Shown one piece after another: positions 18,935 to 28,223 of a stretch of DNA of 64,000 nucleotides. This stretch comes from Bacteroidia bacterium (GTDB taxonomy: Bacteria > Bacteroidota > Bacteroidia > AKYH767-A > OLB10). Location of the stretch: contig JBBQQQ010000012.1 in assembly GCA_038215705.1 (NCBI GenBank), forward strand, positions 6,523-70,522, written 5' to 3'. The translations under genes were made by a program, and so were the position numbers. Every line of letters begins with the position of its first letter. Positions within the stretch are counted from its first letter, which is position 1. The notes under the pieces are model-generated. The model ran no database searches. It saw nothing but the letters and a program-made list of their open reading frames with translations, and was not told the origin of the DNA.

Positions 18935-19780
18935 CTAAATACAGAGCGGGAAAGAGAATGAGAAAGAGTACGAATATTTTTACGTTCCCATTCCCATTCC
19001 CATTCTCATTCTCATTCTGAAATCAGGGCGGGATTTTGTATTAAATCCATGCTTTTCAAAAGTTGACCGATCTGATTTATTCGATTCCCGATAGGGCTAC
19101 ACATACAGAGCGGGAAAGAGAATGAGAAAGAGTACGAATATTTTTACGTTCCCATTCTCCTTCTCATTCTCATTCTGAAATCAGGGCGGGATTTAGTATT
19201 AAATCCATGCTTTTCAAAGTTGACCGATCTGATTTGTTCGATTCCCGATAGGGCTACACATACAGAGCGGGAAAGAGAATGAGAAAGAGTACGAATATTT
19301 TTACGTTCCCATTCTCATTCTCATTCTGAATCAAGGCGGGATTATGGATTAAATCCATGCTTTTCAAAAGTTGACCCGATCTGATTTGTTCGATTCCCGA
19401 TAGGGCTACACATACAGAGCGGGAAAGAGAATGAGAAAGAGTACGAATTTTTACGTTCCCATTCTCATTCTCATTTTCATTCTGAATCAGGGCGGGATTT
19501 TGTATTAAATCCATGCTTTTCAAAAGTTGACCCGATCTGATTTGTTCGATTCCCGATAGGGCTACACATACAGAGCGGGAAAGAGAATGAGAAAGAGTAC
19601 GAATATTTTTACGTTCCCATTCTCATTCTCATTTTCATTCTGAATCAGGGCGGGATTTTGTATTAAATCCATGCTTTTGAAAGTTGACCCGATCTGATTT
19701 GTTCGATTCCCGATAGGGCTACACATACAGAGCGGGAAAGAGAATGAGAAAGAGTGCGAATATTTTTACGTTCCCATTCT
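18914..19780. repeat. tandem satellite (5 full units plus 1 truncated, 152-164 bp) that begins within the tRNA-Arg 3' end
   Basis: The conserved block ACAGAGCGGGAAAGAGAATGAG starts at 18941, 19105, 19262, 19414, 19570 and 19727. Each unit ends with TTCGATTCCCGATAGGGCTA, resembling the tRNA end TTCGATTCCCGTCGAGGCTA. Confidence 0.95.
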
Positions 19781-19921
19781 ATACGTGATAACAGCGTAGA
19801 GCTGATGAGTCTGCCAATTATTACAATGGCTAAGGGGAAAATTAATGGATTGGTTGAAATAGCGATTGGAAGTAATCCTCAATTCAGGTAAATAATTTTG
19901 CGAACCGGAAGAGGCGGGTTT

Positions 19922-21874
19922 TTATTTGAGGATCACAATACTCAGATAACTGGATAAAGCGCGCTTAATGGCATCCAGCTCCATCCATTCCCGTTGCAGG
20001 TTGTCGGTATCAAGATTTAACGCAGCAGCTTCCTTAATAGCATCTGCTTTTTCTTTCATGAGCCTGGCAATGTGTTTTATTTTTATGGAGTACACAGCAC
20101 TCATAACCGCATGTTTGAGTTTTTGGATTTCCTCTTTTACTGCAACTCCGCGTTCGCTCCACATCGCCAGCGGATACTTAACAGTGAGCATATCGGCAGC
20201 AATATTTCTGATCGCTGCTTGCTCATGGTTTATCAGGTTATGCGGATTATAAACTTCATTGCTATGGACCATATTTTCAAACTCACTGAAAATTTTTGCA
20301 AACACCGGGTTTTCAAATGTGATGTTATCCTGCGAAATTTCATGTACTATAAATGACTTCACCGATTCTGCTACGGTTCGGGTCTCCCTTTCATTAATTG
20401 CTTCTTCAAAAAATATATCCTGCTCGCCATAGGTTAATAAGAGCCTGATGATATCCGCTTCCTGGTATTCAGCGACATTAAAATACTCATTTATCTTTAA
20501 TTGATTATCATTATATTGGTCTTCTATTAACTCAACATCATCTACTTCAGATGCCTTACGTTTGCTTAAGACATTTTTTGTAATTATTTTGTTTGATTCT
20601 GATATTAATAATTGTTCTTCAACACCTATTAATTCTGAACAAGATTTTTGATATTGTGATCTGCTAAGAGGATCAACAATTTTTGATATTGTAGTTACTA
20701 CATCCCTAATTAATTCAGCTTTTTTTATAGGGTCATTCCCAACTAACTCAATTAACAATTTGGTTTTGAAATGGACGAAATCTTGAACTTGTTTTGCTAT
20801 GAAAGCAGCCACTTCATAACTGTTATGCTTTCGCGAGAAGGTATCCGGATCTTCCCCGTCGGGAAACAGAACAACTCTCACATTCAAACCTTCTTCCAGA
20901 ATCAGATCAATACCGCGAAGCGATGCCTTGATACCAGCCGGATCACCGTCATATAAAATGGTTATGTTTTTTGTATAACGCCCGATTAAACGTATCTGCT
21001 CAACCGTTAGTGAGGTTCCTGATGAGGCAACAACGTTTTCAATTCCCACCTGGTGCAAGGCGATCACATCGGTATATCCTTCAACCAAAAAACATTCATC
21101 CTTGGCAATAACAGACTTCTTCGCAAAGAAAATCCCGTAAAGAATATTACTCTTATGATAAATGTCCGATTCGGGCGAGTTCAGGTACTTTGGGCTCTTG
21201 GGATCGGTCTTTAAAATGCGGGCTCCGAATGCAATTACTTTACCGGTAATGTTATGTATTGGAAACATCACCCTTCCGCGAAAGCGATCAAAAGTTTTGT
21301 TTTCATTCACTATAGTCAACCCCGCTTTTTCAAGATTTTCAATCAGGAATCCCGCTTCCAGGGCAGCATCAGTTAACCCTCTCCAGTTGTCGGGTGAATA
21401 CCCAAGCTGGAATTTTTCGATCATGCCCTCGGTGAATTCCCTTTCATGAAAATAAGATAAACCTATAGCGCGTCCTTCATCTGTTTCATGCAGCTGGCGG
21501 GAATAAAACTTCCTGGCAAATTCAGTAACCACCAGTAAACTTTCCCTCTGCAATTGTTCCAGGTCGTATCCCGGTTCTTTCTCATCTTCTTCAACAGCGA
21601 TATTGTATTTACTTGCCAGGTAGCGAAGCGCTTCAGGATAACTGTACTGTTCGTGCTCCATAACAAAATTTACAGAGTTGCCACCTTTGCCGCATCCAAA
21701 ACATTTATAAATACCTCTGGTGAGGGAAACGTTAAAAGAGGGCGTTTTTTCATTATGAAAAGGACAAAGGCCAATCAGGTTGGTTCCCCGCCGTTTTAAC
21801 GAAACAAAATCACCCACCACCTCTTCAATGCGGGCAGTATCGATGATCACATCAATGGTTTCTTTTTTAATCAC
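19922..21874 (-). CDS. dnaG: DNA primase
   Basis: Zinc ribbon CPFHNEKTPSF...CFGCGKGG, TOPRIM EGYTDV...DGDPAG, and a GTG start. Confidence 0.92.
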   Translation of the reverse strand: MIKKETIDVIIDTARIEEVVGDFVSLKRRGTNLIGLCPFHNEKTPSFNVSLTRGIYKCFGCGKGGNSVNFVMEHEQYSYPEALRYLASKYNIAVEEDEKEPGYDLEQLQRESLLVVTEFARKFYSRQLHETDEGRAIGLSYFHEREFTEGMIEKFQLGYSPDNWRGLTDAALEAGFLIENLEKAGLTIVNENKTFDRFRGRVMFPIHNITGKVIAFGARILKTDPKSPKYLNSPESDIYHKSNILYGIFFAKKSVIAKDECFLVEGYTDVIALHQVGIENVVASSGTSLTVEQIRLIGRYTKNITILYDGDPAGIKASLRGIDLILEEGLNVRVVLFPDGEDPDTFSRKHNSYEVAAFIAKQVQDFVHFKTKLLIELVGNDPIKKAELIRDVVTTISKIVDPLSRSQYQKSCSELIGVEEQLLISESNKIITKNVLSKRKASEVDDVELIEDQYNDNQLKINEYFNVAEYQEADIIRLLLTYGEQDIFFEEAINERETRTVAESVKSFIVHEISQDNITFENPVFAKIFSEFENMVHSNEVYNPHNLINHEQAAIRNIAADMLTVKYPLAMWSERGVAVKEEIQKLKHAVMSAVYSIKIKHIARLMKEKADAIKEAAALNLDTDNLQREWMELDAIKRALSSYLSIVILK

Positions 21875-21897
21875 GTGGTGGAAATTGTAAAGGAGAA

Positions 21898-21905
21898 CAA
21901 ATTTA
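21898..21905 (-). promoter_or_regulatory. -7 box TAAATTTG for dnaG
   Basis: The reverse complement of CAAATTTA lies 24 nt upstream of the GTG start. Confidence 0.4.
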
Positions 21906-21975
21906 TGAAAAGTTTGCGTATTGGCGTAAAGAGTGGGAAATGAGTCGATTGGAAATGCATTGCATGGTCAACTGG

Positions 21976-22980
21976 TTAATTTACAGCCAGCCGCCTGAAG
22001 CGGGTTTTTTTTGATTTCGGTGGGAGAGAACTGCTGATAAAAGCGGCCAGTTTATCGTAATAAATTTTGCTGTTTTCGGTACCGGTTCTTTGCTGATAGG
22101 ATTTGGCATCAATATACAACCGCTTTTTATACCATGTTGAAGCATGATACACTTCGAGCGTTTCATCCATCACTTTTTTATGCATGAAATTAGCCGCTAC
22201 CATCATTTGTGGGATGTTGATTTCTGTAATCATCTCTTTGTAATTATAATCCTTCACAAGGAGCCCTGTTTGATCTTCATAACTGCGTATCAAAGCCGGA
22301 AGAATGGGAATAATGTATGTTCCCCATCGTTCGATAGCTTTATCCTTAAAATAATGCGAAAGACTGGAGGGCGGATTTTGGAGAATAACAACCTTCGCAA
22401 TTGCAGTGTCGGACACCAATTTCATAGCTATGCCCGCACCTGTACCGGAACCCATGAGTGCCACATGCTGAATGAAAGGCATTTTTTGCAGATCGAGCAG
22501 GAGTTGTTTAACGTCGTTGGCAGACACATTGCCGGGATGATAAAAAATTCCCTCGCTATCGCCTTGCCCACGCATGTTGACCACGCACACATTGAATCCG
22601 CGATCGCAGAATTGTTTCATGGCAGGAATGTAATTTATTGCGCCCTCGTTAATATCGGGGATAATGAGCAGCAATGGGGCCTGCATTCGTAAAGTATCAA
22701 TCGCCATCCAACCGCGAAGTTTTACGCTGTCGCTGAGTGTATAACTGATATTCATGTAATGAATGTTTAGTTGTTTTGGGGAATAAATAAAAATGCCCAG
22801 ACTATCTTTGCCTTTTTCCCTCATTTGTTTTTCATGCAGTATTTGCTGCTGGCTGAGGTAAGCGGAATCAATACGTACCGGGTACAATAGTTCATTGAAT
22901 GAAAGTACAGGCGTAATGATCACCATGGCAATAGTTGCCAGGAGTAATACAATAAATGATCTGAAAATGTTTTTAACCAT
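21976..22980 (-). CDS. membrane-anchored alpha/beta-hydrolase-fold protein
   Basis: N-terminal TM segment and a HVALMGSGTGAG nucleophile-elbow-like segment that is not a canonical GxSxG. The overall length and pattern fit the fold. Confidence 0.5.
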   Translation of the reverse strand: MVKNIFRSFIVLLLATIAMVIITPVLSFNELLYPVRIDSAYLSQQQILHEKQMREKGKDSLGIFIYSPKQLNIHYMNISYTLSDSVKLRGWMAIDTLRMQAPLLLIIPDINEGAINYIPAMKQFCDRGFNVCVVNMRGQGDSEGIFYHPGNVSANDVKQLLLDLQKMPFIQHVALMGSGTGAGIAMKLVSDTAIAKVVILQNPPSSLSHYFKDKAIERWGTYIIPILPALIRSYEDQTGLLVKDYNYKEMITEINIPQMMVAANFMHKKVMDETLEVYHASTWYKKRLYIDAKSYQQRTGTENSKIYYDKLAAFISSSLPPKSKKTRFRRLAVN

Positions 22981-23005
22981 TTGCCTGCATGGTTTTTATG
23001 GGAAA

Positions 23006-23986
23006 TTAATTTTCCCTGGCAATAGTAAAATGCACGAGATCAACAAGTGATGATTTATACCTGTTGTCGTTATATTGCTCGAGTAATGCTAGTGCTTTAT
23101 CACGGTAATCGCACATACGTTTTTTAGCATAATTGATACCGTCTTTTGAATTTACGAATTCAAGCACCTCTTTAACTTTTTTCATGTCGGTGCTGTGATT
23201 TTTAATAATATTGATGATGTGCCTTTTTTCTGAACCTGAAGCGACAGAAAGCGAATATATGAGAGGAAGTGTCATTTTGCTCTCTTTGATATCAATACCG
23301 GAAGGCTTACCGGTTTTGTTGTTCAATTCATAATCAAACAAATCATCTTTGATCTGGAAAGCCACTCCTATAAGCTGGCCAAATTCCCGCATGCGTGCAA
23401 TTCCTGAAGTGTCACTTCCGGCGGAAGCCGCACCTACCGAACAACACGAACCAATCAGCGTTGCTGTCTTCTGACGGATAATTTCATAATAAACAGTTTC
23501 ATCAACATCAAGTTTACGCGCTTTTTCAAGCTGCAGCAATTCTCCTTCACTCATTTCACGCACAGCCTCTGAAACAATTTCCAGCAGGGTAAAATCCTTA
23601 TTACCTACTGCAAGCAATAAACCCTTCGAAAGCAGGTAGTCTCCTACAAGTACTGCAATCTTATTTTTCCACAACGCATTTACTGAAAAAAAGCCTCTTC
23701 GTAAATTGGAATCATCCACAACATCATCGTGAACCAGTGTGGCAGTGTGCAGCAATTCAATGAGCGATGCGCCTCTGTAAGTTGCGTCATTAATTCCGCC
23801 ACACATGCCCGCTGAAAGAAAAACGAACATGGGCCTCAGTTGTTTTCCTTTGCGCTTTACGATGTAGTGCATTATTTTATCAAGCAATGAAACACTACTC
23901 CGCATCGATTCCCGGAATTTTATTTCAAACTCCTTCATCTCCACGGAAATGGGTTCCTTGATTTTATCTAACGTGATAGTTTCCAC
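23006..23986 (-). CDS. polyprenyl diphosphate synthase (IspB-like)
   Basis: First Asp-rich motif LVHDDVVDD and second motif FQIKDDLFD. Confidence 0.85.
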   Translation of the reverse strand: METITLDKIKEPISVEMKEFEIKFRESMRSSVSLLDKIMHYIVKRKGKQLRPMFVFLSAGMCGGINDATYRGASLIELLHTATLVHDDVVDDSNLRRGFFSVNALWKNKIAVLVGDYLLSKGLLLAVGNKDFTLLEIVSEAVREMSEGELLQLEKARKLDVDETVYYEIIRQKTATLIGSCCSVGAASAGSDTSGIARMREFGQLIGVAFQIKDDLFDYELNNKTGKPSGIDIKESKMTLPLIYSLSVASGSEKRHIINIIKNHSTDMKKVKEVLEFVNSKDGINYAKKRMCDYRDKALALLEQYNDNRYKSSLVDLVHFTIAREN

Positions 23987-23994
23987 AACGGGTG

Positions 23995-24002
23995 CAAAGG
24001 TA
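23995..24002 (-). promoter_or_regulatory. -7 box TACCTTTG (followed by CACCC) for the polyprenyl synthase gene
   Basis: The reverse complement of CAAAGGTA lies 9 nt upstream of the ATG at 23986. Confidence 0.45.
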
Positions 24003-24047
24003 CTTAAATTGCCGCCACAGGCAGCGAGTCAAACATGAATAATATGA

Positions 24048-25421
24048 ATGGTATTTTGTATTTTTATGGTATTATTGCCCTTGGCTATGAGACAGTATAT
24101 GATTAACCTTCCGCTTATTTGTTTCTTTTTGGCAATCGTGGTTTACGGATGTAAAAAAGATGATGATAACGACTCTCCGTCCAATCTTCCTTTCATCACA
24201 TCCATGCAGCCGCTGTCAGGAGCAAAAGGAACAATTGTAACACTCAAAGGTTCAAATTTCAGCAATGACATCTCGCTTATAAATGTGTATGTTAATGGCA
24301 AATATGCTGATGTGATAGCAGCTTCAGCTTCTGAAATACAGTTCGAGATTCCTGCCGGAGCAGGATCAGGCCTGATTTCGCTTGTGGTAGCGGGTAAAGG
24401 AACAAGCGGACCTCTTTTTAATTTTATTTATACGGTAACGGTTTCGGTTTTTTCAGGCTATTCACTTATTCCCGGCAACATTGATGGTAACCCCACCACT
24501 GCACGGTTCAATGCACCGGCCGGCATTGCGATTGATCAAAACAATAATTTATATGTTGCTGATGAGCTTAATCACACCATTCGCAAAATCACACCCGTTG
24601 GCAACGTGAGCACCTTTGCAGGAAATGGCATTGCAGGACACCAGGATGGTTTACCCGGCATTGCACGATTCAATCAACCGGTGGGAATAACTTTCGACGC
24701 AACAAACGGATTTTTTTATGTTGCCGATAAGGGAAACCATTGTATCCGAAAAATTAATCTTGCCGGAGATGTCTTCACCGTAGCCGGCATTCCCGGTGTG
24801 CCGGGATATGTTGATGCACCTGGCTTTTCGGCACGGTTCCAAAGTCCGGCAGGAGTTGCCGTTGAAGGCGAACTCGCTTCCGTGTATATCACCGACCAGG
24901 GTAATCATTGCATACGAAAACTTGATGATGTGGGTGTGGTAACAACGTTTGCCGGATCTACCATTGCAGGACTACAGGACGGAGTAGGCGGAGCCGCGAA
25001 ATTTTTGACACCTGAAGCTATCACCTGGGATACAACAGGATATTTGTATGTTACTGATGTAGCAAATCATAATATCCGGCGCATTACAAAAACTTCAAGG
25101 CTCGTGTCCACCGCAGCAGGTTCCGGTGCAGATGGGTATCAGGACGGATCCCCGGCTCAGTCAATGTTCAGTCAGCCTCACGGACTCATGGCAGAAAATA
25201 ATACTGTTATAGTTTGTGATACATACAACAATCGTATCCGCCAGATAATTTACGGTTCAAGTGTCACAACCCTTTCGGGGGATGGCAGCGCTGCTTTTTC
25301 AGACGGCATAGGTTTACTTGCTAAATTCAATAAGCCCGGAGGTATCGTAAAAGATAAAAATGGAAATTATTTTATAACAGATACAGGGAATAATGCTGTT
25401 AGAAGGATGATTGTTGATTAA
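24048..25421 (+). CDS. IPT/TIG plus NHL-repeat beta-propeller lipoprotein
   Basis: Lipobox-like AIVVYGCKKDDD, an IPT-like ITSMQPLSGAKGTIVTLKGSNF, and six or more repeats of the type FN.P.G.A.D..GN.YV.D..NH.IRKI. The true start is probably an internal Met (about 24087). Confidence 0.75.
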   Translation: MVFCIFMVLLPLAMRQYMINLPLICFFLAIVVYGCKKDDDNDSPSNLPFITSMQPLSGAKGTIVTLKGSNFSNDISLINVYVNGKYADVIAASASEIQFEIPAGAGSGLISLVVAGKGTSGPLFNFIYTVTVSVFSGYSLIPGNIDGNPTTARFNAPAGIAIDQNNNLYVADELNHTIRKITPVGNVSTFAGNGIAGHQDGLPGIARFNQPVGITFDATNGFFYVADKGNHCIRKINLAGDVFTVAGIPGVPGYVDAPGFSARFQSPAGVAVEGELASVYITDQGNHCIRKLDDVGVVTTFAGSTIAGLQDGVGGAAKFLTPEAITWDTTGYLYVTDVANHNIRRITKTSRLVSTAAGSGADGYQDGSPAQSMFSQPHGLMAENNTVIVCDTYNNRIRQIIYGSSVTTLSGDGSAAFSDGIGLLAKFNKPGGIVKDKNGNYFITDTGNNAVRRMIVD

Positions 25422-25497
25422 AAAAGTCAGGGAAAAAGTCATTGAAAAAGTCAGGAAAAAGGTCATTGGGTCATTAAAAAAATGTCATTGAATGATG
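25421..25497. repeat. 12-nt periodic AAAAAGTCAKKG array
   Basis: AAAAAGTCAGGG, AAAAAGTCATTG, AAAAAGTCAGGA, AAAAGGTCATTG, then GGTCATT...TGTCATTG. It starts at the stop codon of the NHL gene. Confidence 0.9.
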
Positions 25498-25526
25498 TTG
25501 GTTTTTTGCGATTCAAATTAGTCGTA

Positions 25527-25547
25527 GAGACGCATTGAATGCGTCTC
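25527..25547. repeat. palindromic GAGACGCATT-G-AATGCGTCTC element
   Basis: 10-nt perfect arms sharing the GACGCA..TGCGTC core with the palindrome at 6854..6887. Confidence 0.8.
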
Positions 25548-25577
25548 CGCCGCGACGGGGAAAAAGTCAAATAAAAA

Positions 25578-25984
25578 GTCAGCAAAGGGGTCAGGAAAAA
25601 TTTGCCCTGAAGTGAAGTGATTAGGAAGAAAGAATATGATCTTACTTCGAAAAATTTAAGGGCTCTATTAAATTCAATATTTGAAAAATGAAACTTCTAC
25701 TTCAGGGGTCAGGAATTGAAATTACAGAAAAATGTACTCCTCTCCTTTGGAGAGGTCGGGTGAGGCAAAAAAGGTCAGGCAAAAAGTCAGCAAAGGGGTC
25801 AGGAAAAATTTGCCCTGAAGTGTAGTAATTGGGAAGAAAGAATATGATCTTACTTCGAAAAATTTAAGGGCTCTATTAAATTCAATATTTGAAAAATGAA
25901 ACTTCTACTTCAGGGGTCAGGAATTGAAATTACAGAAAAATGTACCCCTCTCCTTTGGAGAGGTCGGGTGAGGCAAAAAAAGTC
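25578..25984. repeat. two tandem copies of a 199-bp unit (offset 208 bp)
   Basis: 25578..25776 aligns with 25786..25984 with about five substitutions. Each copy holds a long-range stem CCCTGAAGTGAAGT/ACTTCTACTTCAGGG and a CCTCTCC-TTT-GGAGAGG hairpin. Confidence 0.9.
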
Positions 25985-26070
25985 TTTAAGTCATTGAAAA
26001 GGTCAGGGAAAAGACGAGGTCCCGGAAACGCAATCAAATCCATCCGATATACCAGTTCAATCCGTGTTCC

Positions 26071-26832
26071 CTACGGCAGGCAACCTGCAACGTAACGGCC
26101 CAGATCGGGGAAGCAGTCGCCGATAATTTTGTTGGAGTTGTTTGAATTGGATGGGAAAAAAGACGTGGCATAACTGCCTGCGAGTAAACGTCCCTGGAGA
26201 TCATAAATAGTAAAATGCACCATTACTTCCCTGCGATAAATTTTGTTGGCAATATCCATACAGGAACTGTAATTGGTTTTTATTTCCATCTGGGTGATAA
26301 AAACAAAAATGTCGGTCTGGTATTGCTCATATAATTCCTGGAATAATTCAGCTGGTTTATGCACAACCGCATGCATATACATGGCGTTTTCTTTCACCGG
26401 AATATATTGCGAAGCGGTTTTAGAATCTTCGTGCTCTTTGGTATTAATTGTTTTCGTTTTTATTACAACGGCATCATCATCCATTGGTTTTGGTGTGATG
26501 GGAATGGCCTTTTCATAGCGGAAACCGGTTCGTCCAAGCACACGGTACATGGTTTCTTCAAGTATGTCGGCTGTATCATTCAGCAACGAAATACATTCGT
26601 AACTGCCTCTTACGGCACGCTGCACATTGCGATCGATGGCGTACCGGAATTCAGGGCGGAATTTTGTGGCATCGAGTTTCGATTGTTCCGCAATTTCACG
26701 GTCGGCATCTGATAAATAATACCGCGGATCATACGGAATGAGCATCACTTTATGCGCCTTGAGGGAATCAGTTTCCTGAGCGAATGAAAATTGCGTAGAA
26801 AGAAGAATTAAAAAACCCAGCAGGATCCTCAT
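26071..26832 (-). CDS. hypothetical secreted protein
   Basis: Signal peptide MRILLGFLILLSTQFSFAQ when started at ATG 26832, which removes the overlap with rseP. I recognise no motif. Confidence 0.5.
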   Translation of the reverse strand: MRILLGFLILLSTQFSFAQETDSLKAHKVMLIPYDPRYYLSDADREIAEQSKLDATKFRPEFRYAIDRNVQRAVRGSYECISLLNDTADILEETMYRVLGRTGFRYEKAIPITPKPMDDDAVVIKTKTINTKEHEDSKTASQYIPVKENAMYMHAVVHKPAELFQELYEQYQTDIFVFITQMEIKTNYSSCMDIANKIYRREVMVHFTIYDLQGRLLAGSYATSFFPSNSNNSNKIIGDCFPDLGRYVAGCLP

Positions 26833-26846
26833 AGTTTTTTTGCGTA

Positions 26847-28178
26847 TCAGTTTAAAATGTGTTTCCATACATCATTACCAATAGCAAAAAACATCAGTGC
26901 AAGCAACAGTACCATTCCCACAACCTGCGACCGTTCCATAAACTTGTCGCTGAATTTGCGACGGGTAATCGATTCAATCGTCAGGAAAATCACATGACCT
27001 CCATCGAGTGCAGGAATAGGCAATATGTTCATAAATGCAAGCACCATTGAAAGCAACCCGGTAATTCTCCAGAACCATGCCCAGTCCCAGGTGCCGCCGT
27101 AAATTTGTGCAATACCAATGGGGCCCTGAACAGCGTCGGTAGCTTTTTCTTCACCTGAAAAAATCTTTTTAAGACCTTTCACATTCGACACAAGAGCTTC
27201 CCATGCATCTGCCGAACCAAAAGCAAATGCGGAACCGGCAGTATATTTTTTCATTTTATAATCCGGACTGATCGCTGATCCCGTTTCAAAAGATATTCCT
27301 ATGGTTCCTTTTTCACTTACAGCTACCGGCAGTATCATGTCTTTGTCGCCGCGACGTAACAGCAAACTGACTTCACCATTCTTTGAACTGGCAAGTTTTT
27401 CCTGCAGGTTATTATGTCCGTTAATTTTTTTACCATTTATGCCAATGATTTTATCTCCTGCAGCAAGACCGGCTTTTTCGGCATTCTCACCATCAACCAC
27501 CATTTTCACATCATACAATAATTCACCACTTCCAATAAAATTCCATCTGCCCTGAGCAGAAATCTTTTTATAAAAATCATCGGGAACATTGATTTCCAAT
27601 TTCTGACCATTACGCTCAACCGTTAGTACCGAGCCGAAAACCACACGCGATGAAAGCAGGTCATCAAAACGCTCAAAGGGTTTCCCGTTTATCGCGGTTA
27701 TTTTGTCCCCATCCTGCAACCCGATTTCCTGACCGAGCTGGTAAGCATAAATACCATTTTTTACTTCGCTGTTAGGAAGATAATCTTTTTTGTACGCAAG
27801 CAGGGTTGCAGAAAAAATAATGATACCCAGAATTACATTCATCGTAACACCTGCTACCATAACAATCAAACGCTGCCATGCCGGTTTTGCACGAAACTCA
27901 TAGGGCTGTGGCGGACCTGCCATCTGATCCTTATCGAGTGATTCATCAACCATACCTGATATTTTCACATAGCCGCCTAACGGTAGCCATCCAATACCAT
28001 ACTCAGTATCACCCTTCGTAAAACTGAAAAGCTTGAATCCCCAGGCATCAAAAAATAAATAGAATTTTTCAACACGAATACCGAAAGCCCTTGCAGCCAA
28101 ATAATGTCCTAATTCGTGTAATACAACTAAAATAGACAATCCCAATATAAGCTGGGCCGCCATGATTAATCCTGTCAT
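26847..28178 (-). CDS. rseP: RIP zinc metalloprotease RseP (site-2 protease, M50)
   Basis: HELGHY zinc motif in TM1, PDZ-like central region and a C-terminal NILPIPALDGGH motif. Confidence 0.92.
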   Translation of the reverse strand: MTGLIMAAQLILGLSILVVLHELGHYLAARAFGIRVEKFYLFFDAWGFKLFSFTKGDTEYGIGWLPLGGYVKISGMVDESLDKDQMAGPPQPYEFRAKPAWQRLIVMVAGVTMNVILGIIIFSATLLAYKKDYLPNSEVKNGIYAYQLGQEIGLQDGDKITAINGKPFERFDDLLSSRVVFGSVLTVERNGQKLEINVPDDFYKKISAQGRWNFIGSGELLYDVKMVVDGENAEKAGLAAGDKIIGINGKKINGHNNLQEKLASSKNGEVSLLLRRGDKDMILPVAVSEKGTIGISFETGSAISPDYKMKKYTAGSAFAFGSADAWEALVSNVKGLKKIFSGEEKATDAVQGPIGIAQIYGGTWDWAWFWRITGLLSMVLAFMNILPIPALDGGHVIFLTIESITRRKFSDKFMERSQVVGMVLLLALMFFAIGNDVWKHILN

Positions 28179-28223
28179 TGAATGATATTAAAATTTGTTT
28201 ATAATAATATTAGGACATTAGAA

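Noticed and set aside
19254-19523. 89-aa minus-strand ORF (…ENENENGNVKI…).
   Set aside because: It lies entirely in the tandem repeat, is itself repetitive and is not maintained in the other repeat copies. It is an artefact of the satellite.
18914-19780. Possible CRISPR array, given regular direct repeats in a roughly 870-bp non-coding stretch.
   Set aside because: The whole unit of about 157 bp is conserved from copy to copy. There are no unique spacer segments, the period is far too long and no cas genes are nearby. It is a tandem satellite, not a CRISPR array.
25688-25825. 45-aa ORF MKLLLQGSGIEITEKCTPLLWRGRVRQK... within the 208-bp-offset repeat.
   Set aside because: It spans the repeat junction, and its second copy terminates differently (33 aa). 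It translates the CCTCTCC/GGAGAGG hairpin, and I see no ribosome-binding or promoter signal.
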